From Acidimicrobiia bacterium (GTDB lineage Bacteria; Actinomycetota; Acidimicrobiia; Spongiisociales; Spongiisociaceae): DNA of 64,000 nt. Both the position numbers and the translations under genes were made by a program. The stretch is taken from the NCBI GenBank assembly GCA_041576165.1, contig JBFGLM010000020.1, positions 16,949-80,948 on the forward strand, read 5' to 3'. How positions within the stretch are numbered: position 1 is the first letter of the stretch; each line of letters starts with the position of its first letter. The notes below the pieces were generated by a model. The model searched no databases and was not told the DNA's origin. It saw nothing but the letters and a program-made list of their open reading frames with translations. Shown piece after piece: positions 57,221-64,000 of this stretch.

Positions 57221-58678
57221 TCAGCCGTCGTGGGCATGGGCGGCCATGTCGAGCAGGGCCGTGAGTGTGGTCTCTAGCTCGCTGGCAGCGACATCGTCGA
57301 TCCGGTCGCGCTCTCTGGCCTCTGCGATCTCGTCGACCAGGCGATTGGCATCTTTCTCCAGCTCTGCCGGGTCGCGGCTGTCCGCCCAGTCGTCGATGAG
57401 ATCCTGGGCGCGCTTGGCGAGCTCTTTGCGGACCTTGGGATGGGCATCCTTGTCTGAGATCACACTGTTGACCTGATCGACGAGCAACGCCAACGCGTCA
57501 GGGATGGTCTCAGGTCCGGCTGCCGTCGTGGTGGTCGTAGGCGGTGCGGTGGTGGTTGGTGGGGTGGTGGTGGTCGAGGCAACAGTGGTCGTGGGACCGG
57601 TGGTGGTTGTGGTGGCCTCTGTGGTGGTCGTTTCCGCAATTGGAGGCGGCGGGGCGACTTCTTGTGCTGCTGGCTGCCCCTGGCGGGTGAGCAAGCCGAG
57701 TATGAGCCCCGACACGGTGATGATCAGGATCAACGCAGCGGTGCGGACCATCCACATCTGGGTCCGGGAGTCGACCATGTCCGTCATTCCCGGTTCGAGC
57801 ACCATCGTAGGGTCGGCCGCCCCGGCGACCTCGGCAGCAGAGGCCGGCACCGGCAACGCCAGCGGGAGGGTGGGATCGGTCCGGCTGATCGTTGACAACG
57901 CCGCCGCAAGCTCGTGCGCAGTGGGCCGGTCTCGGGGGGCCTTGGCGAGACACGACAAAATCAATGCCTCGAGGCGATCGTCCAGCGGCGCGACATGTGA
58001 CGGGGGAGCCGGGAGATCATGCACGTGTTGGGCGGCAACGCTGATCGGGTTTTCGCCCACAAACGGGACCTCGCCGGTTGCCATCCGGTACAGCATCACC
58101 CCGAGCGAATACACATCTGAGGACGGCCCCACCGGATCGCCGGTGGCCTGTTCGGGGGAGAAATAGGCCGCCGTGCCGAGCTGCGCGGCAGTCATGGTGA
58201 GATCCGACGTGTCCCAACTCAGTTGGGCGATCCCAAAGTCAGTCAGCTTCAGACCACCCTGGCCATCGAGCAGGATGTTCGCCGGCTTGACGTCGCGATG
58301 GACAACTCCCCGATCATGTGCGTGCCCGAGCGCTTCGGCTACGGCGGCGCCAATGTTCGCAACCTCTTGTGATGGGAGCCGGCCTTGGGTATGGAGGCGC
58401 TCAGCCAATGTGGTGCCTTCGACATATTCCATCACCAAGAAGGCGCCTTCGTCGTCAATCCCCGCGTCGTAGACGGCCACGATGTGCGGGTGGGACAGCG
58501 CCGCGGCCGCCTCGCCCTCGCGAGCGAACCGTTCGGCCATTCCGGGTTGACCGGCGATACCGGCCAGCAGGCGTTTCAGGGCTACATCGCGGCCGAGCAG
58601 TCCGTCGTGTGCCAGCCAAACGGATGCCATCCCCCCGGTGCCGAGCAGCCGCACGGACTCATACCGAGTATCGAGCAT
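57221..58678 (-). CDS. membrane-anchored Ser/Thr protein kinase
   Basis: GTGGMASV, VALK, HRDVKPAN, DFG, GTAAYFSPE; TM; Thr-rich linker; helical extracellular tail. Confidence 0.93.
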   Translation of the reverse strand: MLDTRYESVRLLGTGGMASVWLAHDGLLGRDVALKRLLAGIAGQPGMAERFAREGEAAAALSHPHIVAVYDAGIDDEGAFLVMEYVEGTTLAERLHTQGRLPSQEVANIGAAVAEALGHAHDRGVVHRDVKPANILLDGQGGLKLTDFGIAQLSWDTSDLTMTAAQLGTAAYFSPEQATGDPVGPSSDVYSLGVMLYRMATGEVPFVGENPISVAAQHVHDLPAPPSHVAPLDDRLEALILSCLAKAPRDRPTAHELAAALSTISRTDPTLPLALPVPASAAEVAGAADPTMVLEPGMTDMVDSRTQMWMVRTAALILIITVSGLILGLLTRQGQPAAQEVAPPPPIAETTTTEATTTTTGPTTTVASTTTTPPTTTAPPTTTTTAAGPETIPDALALLVDQVNSVISDKDAHPKVRKELAKRAQDLIDDWADSRDPAELEKDANRLVDEIAEARERDRIDDVAASELETTLTALLDMAAHAHDG

Positions 58679-58897
58679 GTCTCGACTCCCTCCGCTCCCC
58701 TCGATGGGTCTGAAAGACAACGATATGGAGGTGTCAGTCGGTTCCGCGGGGCCACATTCGGTTGCAGACTGCCGGTCGCCGAGCGGTGATGACTGTGGTC
58801 CTGGGCTGACTAGTCCCGATTGGCGTGCCCGGTTTGGTTATCCAGTTCTCCGAGTTTTTGGCGATCAATGACTTGTGATTCATCGGGAGAAGTGTTC

Positions 58898-60664
58898 TTG
58901 ACGAAGCAAAGCACGCGGCACAAGGCAGGTCGGCTGGCAGCAGCCGCCCTGGTCGTGGCGGCCATCGTCCCGGTGAGCTCTCCTCCGTCGAGTGCTGAGA
59001 CCGTCGAGGTGATCGTGCGGGAGGTCACGCCGGCGACAGACGCGGCCGAGGCTGCCGTCATGGCCATGGGAGGCGAGGTCGCGGACCGGCTCGACATCCT
59101 CGGCGGTTTTGTCGCCAGGATCCCGGCCGACCAGGCGGGCGAGTTGCAGGAGCATCCGGCGGTCGTGGCGGTCACGCCCAACGCATCGCTGCAGCTGTCC
59201 ACGGCCGGTTGGGACGACGCCAGCGGGGTGGACTTCAACCCGAACACCTACGAAGGGGCCGTCAACACCGTCGCCGGGGGAATCCTCCAGGTGAGCGACT
59301 ATTGGAGTCGCGGATTCACGGGGGCAGGGGTGGACGTGGCGCTCATCGACTCGGGCGTGGTTCCGGTCAACGGGCTGACGTATCCAGGCAAGGTAATCAA
59401 CGGGCCAGATCTGTCGTTCGAGTCGCAGTCAGACGATTTGCGCTACCTCGACACGTTTGGCCATGGCACGCACATGGCGGGAATCATCGTCGGACGAGAC
59501 GACGGTGCCCCGATCGATGCCAACTCGAACTCGGATTTCCTCGGGGTGGCGCCGGGTTCGCGCCTGGTCAACATCAAGGTTGCGGACCACGAGGGTGCCA
59601 CCGATGTGTCCCAGGTGATCGCTGCCATCGATTGGGTGGTGCAACACCGGAACGACAACGGCATGAACATTCGGGTCCTCAACCTGTCGTTCGGAACTGA
59701 TTCGACCCAGTCCTACCTTCTCGACCCGCTGGCATACGCCGTCGAGCGGGCGTGGGAGGCCGGCATCGTGGTGGTCGTGGCAGCAGGCAATGACGGCAAC
59801 TCGAGCGACTTGCGGAACCCGGCCATGGATCCTTTCGTCATCGCGGTTGGAGCAACCAACTCGGCGAAGACGCGACCGGGTGTGTCACAGGTCATGAGCT
59901 TCTCGAACTGCGGCACCAGCGCTCGCTCGGTCGACGTCGTCGTCCCGGGTCAGTCGATCGCCTCGCTCAGGAATCCGGGATCAGCGGCCGATCAGGATCA
60001 CCCCGAGTCGGTCGTCGCCGGGCGTTACATGCTGGGTTCCGGCACCAGCCAGGCGGCTGCTTTCGTGTCCGGTATGGCAGCACTGGTGGTCGATGAAAAC
60101 CCCACGGCGGCGCCGGATCAGGTCAAGGCTGCGTTGATGAACGACGCAAGCGCGAAGTTCAAGAAGAGCGATCCCAACTGCTACGGCGCGGGCGTCCCGA
60201 ATTTGGATTGGATTGCCAGCTCAATCAAATCTGACGGACTACCCGTGACCGTTCAGACGCACGCCCCGGCAACCGGGCTGGGCACGCTCGAGGGAGCTCG
60301 CGGCTCCGAACACCTCGAGCATGAGGGCGTGGTTCTGGAAGGCGAACAAGATATCTTCGGCAACGCCTGGGACGGTTGGTGCGACCCCCTCACCACGATC
60401 TGCCATGACACCTTCTGGAACGGGGGGGACTGGAACGGCGCCACCTGGACCGGCGGTTCCTGGTCGGGTGGTTCCTGGTCCGGTGGGTCCTGGTCGGGAG
60501 CATCGTGGTCGGGTGGCTCGTGGTCGGGTGGGTCCTGGTCGGGTGGCTCGTGGTCGGGCAACACTTGGTCGGGTGGTTCCTGGTCGGGCGGGTCCTGGTC
60601 GGGCGGTTCATGGTCGGGCGGTTCATGGTCAGGAAGCATATGGCTCGGGCTCAGCTGGGACTGA
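58898..60664 (+). CDS. secreted S8 subtilase with prodomain and C-terminal Trp-pentapeptide (SGGSW) repeats
   Basis: Signal peptide, I9-like prodomain, IDSG, HGTHMAG, AAGN, GSGTSQA; start uncertain (58820-58898). Confidence 0.92.
   Translation: MTKQSTRHKAGRLAAAALVVAAIVPVSSPPSSAETVEVIVREVTPATDAAEAAVMAMGGEVADRLDILGGFVARIPADQAGELQEHPAVVAVTPNASLQLSTAGWDDASGVDFNPNTYEGAVNTVAGGILQVSDYWSRGFTGAGVDVALIDSGVVPVNGLTYPGKVINGPDLSFESQSDDLRYLDTFGHGTHMAGIIVGRDDGAPIDANSNSDFLGVAPGSRLVNIKVADHEGATDVSQVIAAIDWVVQHRNDNGMNIRVLNLSFGTDSTQSYLLDPLAYAVERAWEAGIVVVVAAGNDGNSSDLRNPAMDPFVIAVGATNSAKTRPGVSQVMSFSNCGTSARSVDVVVPGQSIASLRNPGSAADQDHPESVVAGRYMLGSGTSQAAAFVSGMAALVVDENPTAAPDQVKAALMNDASAKFKKSDPNCYGAGVPNLDWIASSIKSDGLPVTVQTHAPATGLGTLEGARGSEHLEHEGVVLEGEQDIFGNAWDGWCDPLTTICHDTFWNGGDWNGATWTGGSWSGGSWSGGSWSGASWSGGSWSGGSWSGGSWSGNTWSGGSWSGGSWSGGSWSGGSWSGSIWLGLSWD
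60404..60664 (+). repeat. coding 5-aa periodic Trp repeat (17 units, mostly SGGSW)
   Basis: HDTFW NGGDW NGATW TGGSW (SGGSW/SGASW/SGNTW) x11 SGSIW LGLSW, with variable synonymous codons. Confidence 0.95.
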
Positions 60665-60740
60665 GCTGGGACTGAGCCAGACCGGCACACTGCCGGGCTG
60701 TCTTTGTCTCAGCCTTGTTCACCCAGAAGTGGCTGCGGGT

Positions 60741-61802
60741 CTACCTCGCCCCGCCGCGCATCGCGGCAGCGGCCCGTTCAATGCCGTCCGTGGTCGTGTA
60801 GACGTGGGTGGAGAACCGGATGGCGTTCTTCACGCCGCCCGCCTTCACCCCGCAGGCCCTCAGGGTTGCTTGGGTGGCTGCCACGTCTGCCACGGGCACG
60901 CACACCAGGGTCGAGCCGCTCCAGGCGACGTTCATGAGATCGGCCAGGGCGGCGGCCATGGCCCGGGGCCGCTCCAGCGTGCCGTCCGCCCGCCAACCAT
61001 TGAGCAGGGTGAGTGACTCGGCAGCGCCCACCCACAGGTGCCATGCCATCGAGAGATCGAACCTGGCGGCGGTATCGGCCAGCGACAGCGGCCGCCCGAT
61101 GTATCGAGCGTAGGGCTCGTCGGCGGCCCGCCAGTTGGCATTCCACGGGATGAGCCTCTCCTGCCGGTCGTCGCGGACGACGAAGAACGCCGTCCCGCGT
61201 GGACATAACAAGTGCTTGTAGGCGGCGCATACGACGTAATCCACGCGGTCCAACACGCCGCCTACCCCAACAAACGGCAAGGCGTGGGTTGCATCGATCA
61301 GCACCCGGGCCCCGACCTCCTCGCTCCGGGCCAGGATCTCTCGTATGGGTGCGACCCGCCCGGTCTGCATCTGTACGAGGCTGAACGCCACCAGCGATGT
61401 GGTGGGCGTGATCTGGGTCGCCAGCGAATCGAGTGGCACCTCACGGACCTTGACACCCCGGCTCTCGGCGACGAGCAGCGGGAAGAGGAGCGACGTGAAC
61501 TCGTCCTGATTGACTAGCACCTCGTCATCGGCTTCAAGGCTGGCGGCCACCGTCCCGACGCCCACCGAGGCGGTCGACACGAGGGCCACCCGGCGGATCG
61601 GCACCCCGATGAGGTGGGAAAACTCCCGCCGGGCCCTGTCTGCCACACGGTCCCAATCGTCAATCCAGTCCGCCGCTCCCTGTTCCCACTGGGTGAGAGC
61701 TGCGCGCATAGCGTCGGCGGTGGGTCGCGGCGCGAGGCCGTAGGTGGCCGTGTCCAGGTAGGTGATGCCCTCGGCTGGATGAAATGCGATAGATGGATCC
61801 AC
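60741..61802 (-). CDS. class V PLP-dependent aminotransferase-fold protein
   Basis: YLDTATYG, DATHALP, AAYKHLLCPRG PLP lysine, IRFSTHVY. Confidence 0.88.
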   Translation of the reverse strand: MDPSIAFHPAEGITYLDTATYGLAPRPTADAMRAALTQWEQGAADWIDDWDRVADRARREFSHLIGVPIRRVALVSTASVGVGTVAASLEADDEVLVNQDEFTSLLFPLLVAESRGVKVREVPLDSLATQITPTTSLVAFSLVQMQTGRVAPIREILARSEEVGARVLIDATHALPFVGVGGVLDRVDYVVCAAYKHLLCPRGTAFFVVRDDRQERLIPWNANWRAADEPYARYIGRPLSLADTAARFDLSMAWHLWVGAAESLTLLNGWRADGTLERPRAMAAALADLMNVAWSGSTLVCVPVADVAATQATLRACGVKAGGVKNAIRFSTHVYTTTDGIERAAAAMRGGAR

Positions 61803-61862
61803 CCCCGAATCCTAGGAACCCAACGACATCCGAAAGTCGATGGGTGCGCCATCGGGAGGCCG

Positions 61863-61970
61863 AAATGGCGGAGGCCCCGTCGGATGAAACGGGGCCTCCG
61901 CGGGTGGGACTCGATGGCCTGGAAGGTGAGGAGGAAGGAAGAGCTACCTTGTGAGCACGAGCCCCGTATT
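61863..61970 (-). ncRNA. candidate sRNA with a CU-rich anti-SD loop
   Basis: Minus-strand stem GGGGCTCG/CGAGTCCC, inner AAGGT/ACCTT, loop CTCTTCCTTCCTCCTC, followed by a 13-bp hairpin. Confidence 0.45.
61868..61901 (-). terminator. GC-rich hairpin, probable intrinsic terminator
   Basis: Perfect 13-bp stem GCGGAGGCCCCGT/ACGGGGCCTCCGC, 8-nt loop; only a short U-tract on the minus strand. Confidence 0.55.
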
Positions 61971-62130
61971 CAGTTGTCTCAGTGAACTGTGCCCGGCTGG
62001 TGTGAGAAACGTTTGAGCGGAGTGTGAACGCTTAGTGAAGACTGCCCGAGGGCCACGGCGGAAGGTCACGACTTGGTGGGTTACCCGGGTGCGGTCCGTC
62101 CCTCTGAGGGACGGACCGACGCTGGCTCAC

Positions 62131-62319
62131 CTACGGGTTGAATAGGCCGATCAGGCCACCGGCGATGGCGCCGGCGCAGGTGATGAGCGCGGGTACTAGG
62201 ACAGAAAGCCCGGACCCCTCGGGACCTGCCGCGGCAACAACGACCAGGCTCAGCACCAGCGCCAGCAATGCTCCCAGAATCGCTCCGGTGATGGCATTGG
62301 CGGCGAGTTGCAGGTGCAT
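62131..62319 (-). CDS. small hypothetical membrane protein
   Basis: Two hydrophobic helices; GAGGGGGAG RBS. Confidence 0.6.
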   Translation of the reverse strand: MHLQLAANAITGAILGALLALVLSLVVVAAAGPEGSGLSVLVPALITCAGAIAGGLIGLFNP

Positions 62320-62521
62320 GCGAGCTCCCCCTCGGTCGGTGGTGTGATCCGCAAGCGCTCTCAACTGCATCAGATGGCGATCGACCGCCCGCCCGGCTCG
62401 CCTTAGTCAAAGATTTCGCGTTCTTGGATTTTTCTTCCACGCTCTGGGTGGCGCTCGTCACGATATGTCGTCTTGCCGTTGGGTGAGCGGTTGGTGCCGA
62501 CAGCGGCGGTGATGGAGCGAA

Positions 62522-63337
62522 TCACGCGGCCGATTCACAGCTGGCCATGGCCTGGCGGAACTCGTCGCTCCAGACGGGCAAGGGCCCGCGGTCGGTCCAG
62601 CGGACGACCCGTTCGATGTGTCCATCCCTCCACCAGAAGATATCCGGGGTGAGCGAGCCGGGACCCAGGTTGAACATCGCAACCCCGAGCGCGAGCAGGT
62701 CGGCCCAGATGCGGGCGTTGTCCACGGGTCGAAAAACGAGCAGATCCTGACATGGGATCACCGCCAGAGCGCCGGCGGAAGCCGCCCGGGGAAGAAAGCG
62801 GCCGACGTCCAAGAGTAGAGATGAAGCCCAGAAGCTCCCCCCGACCCGCGTGAAGCGGTATCCGTCCGGTGACACAAGGCGAGACCGCGTGCGTGGTTCA
62901 TCCCACAGCGTGGCGTTTCGCGCGTCGTTCCACATCACGTCGGACTCGACGTTCCATCTGCCGGCAGCCTCGCTGGTGACCGAAACGGCACCTATCGGAA
63001 TTTTCATCATGAGCGTCTCCCGCAGGCCGGGCGTGATCGACCGGCTCATTGGCATTGCGTGGTCCTGGTCGCCACCGAGCCTGACCCGAAGTCGGGGTTT
63101 CACTGCTTCGTACCAACCCGGGAAGTCGACCGAGGCGGACGTCAACTGATCGAAGTGCCAGCTGACCCGCTCGGGCCATTCATCCCGGGGGAGGCGGCCG
63201 AGGTGCTGAGCGAGGTTGATCAGGCCGTAGCGGCCGTGCTCGGTCACTACGTCGTCGCCGTCGGGCCACGCGCGGATGCCGGCGGCCTCGAAGTACGCCA
63301 GCGCCAGCTGACTGATTTCCGAGAGGTCGGGTGTCAT
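62522..63337 (-). CDS. hypothetical protein
   Basis: About 270-aa ORF with normal composition (YGLINLAQ...LVFRPV...GPGSLTPDIFWWRDG). Confidence 0.65.
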   Translation of the reverse strand: MTPDLSEISQLALAYFEAAGIRAWPDGDDVVTEHGRYGLINLAQHLGRLPRDEWPERVSWHFDQLTSASVDFPGWYEAVKPRLRVRLGGDQDHAMPMSRSITPGLRETLMMKIPIGAVSVTSEAAGRWNVESDVMWNDARNATLWDEPRTRSRLVSPDGYRFTRVGGSFWASSLLLDVGRFLPRAASAGALAVIPCQDLLVFRPVDNARIWADLLALGVAMFNLGPGSLTPDIFWWRDGHIERVVRWTDRGPLPVWSDEFRQAMASCESAA

Positions 63338-63462
63338 GGCCGGACGGTACGAAACCGGCGATGGCGCGTGAAGATCTTGACGGGCCAATTCGCGGTCGTT
63401 ATGGATGGAGGGTCCGGGCGAGGGTCTTCCCGCAACCTCGTTTGGTCGCTACGGTCAGCAGC

Positions 63463-64000
63463 ATGTGGAGGAGTCGGGCTCGGGGGGCCGGGTGGCTGGC
63501 AGTCGGGGTGTTGGTCGCCGCCTCGTGTTCGACCGGTTCGGAGTCAGCCGAATCGACATTTGTCGTCGCCGTCGAGATTCCGACAACGAGCCCGGTCGAC
63601 TCGAGTGCGAGCGTCTCGTCAACGAGTGCGGCTGCTGCGACCAGCGTTGCGTCCACCACGGTCCCGGAGACGAGTGCCGAAGGACCGCTATTGCCCGATC
63701 CGATCGATGACGCCGCCACTCTGACCGATCCGGACGCGCCGCCGCCCGCGGTCGACCTCCAGGCCAACACATGGGCCGAGCTGGTCGGCGTGTGGTCCGA
63801 TATCGATGCATATTGGACGTGGCTGAACGCTCATCCCACCGATGACCCGGAGGTACTGAGCGTCATCTTCGACCCGGAGGGCCCGGAATTCGCCGAGCAG
63901 CAGGAGGAGATGCGCACACTCCTTGGTAGCGAATGGAGGATCATCGCCCCGAGTACGATCGGAGAGGTTGTTGGGTTTGGATGCTGTCCGGATCCCGCCG
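63463..64000 (+). CDS. hypothetical lipoprotein, runs off the window
   Basis: MWRSRARGAGWLAVGVLVAASC lipobox-like N-terminus, Ser/Thr-rich linker, open to the window end (not in the ORF track). Confidence 0.6.
   Translation, partial: MWRSRARGAGWLAVGVLVAASCSTGSESAESTFVVAVEIPTTSPVDSSASVSSTSAAAATSVASTTVPETSAEGPLLPDPIDDAATLTDPDAPPPAVDLQANTWAELVGVWSDIDAYWTWLNAHPTDDPEVLSVIFDPEGPEFAEQQEEMRTLLGSEWRIIAPSTIGEVVGFGCCPDPA

Noticed and set aside
57520-57635. GTG/GTC-rich repeats (also 21430-21530)
   Set aside because: Encode ordinary Thr-rich linkers on the minus strand.
60653-60674. 11-bp duplication AGCTGGGACTG across the stop of protease B
   Set aside because: Does not alter the protein; likely neutral slippage.

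Overview
High-GC window whose gene content (mycothiol-dependent MDMPI, three F420 DDN-family enzymes, BTAD-STAND regulator, large NAD-GDH) points to an actinobacterium. Acidimicrobiia-like is an inference, and a marine or sediment origin is suggested only by a DMSP-lyase-family cupin and an IdrA/AioA-like enzyme. About 55 CDS/pseudogenes were called; no rRNA, intact tRNA, CRISPR array or transposase was seen. Highlights: (1) a locus at 52.4-60.7 kb where two secreted S8 subtilases, each ending in 15-17 Trp-periodic pentapeptides with different units (SGNEW vs SGGSW), flank two paralogous membrane-sensor/GAF proteins (one without an output domain, one a His kinase) and a Ser/Thr kinase, a candidate protease/peptide signalling system; (2) a Tat-Rieske plus molybdopterin enzyme with aioBA gene order but IdrA-like motifs and no peroxidase genes, divergent from a cytochrome c; (3) a 1.9-kaa wHTH-BTAD-cyclase-kinase-STAND-TM-WD40 protein; (4) a polymerase-dead PolX-PHP; (5) two candidate structured ncRNAs, one upstream of a slipin gene and one anti-SD-loop sRNA at 61.9 kb; (6) several decaying genes, a (GCTGTG)11 microsatellite and REP-like palindromes. 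All family assignments come from motif recognition by eye; no searches were run.
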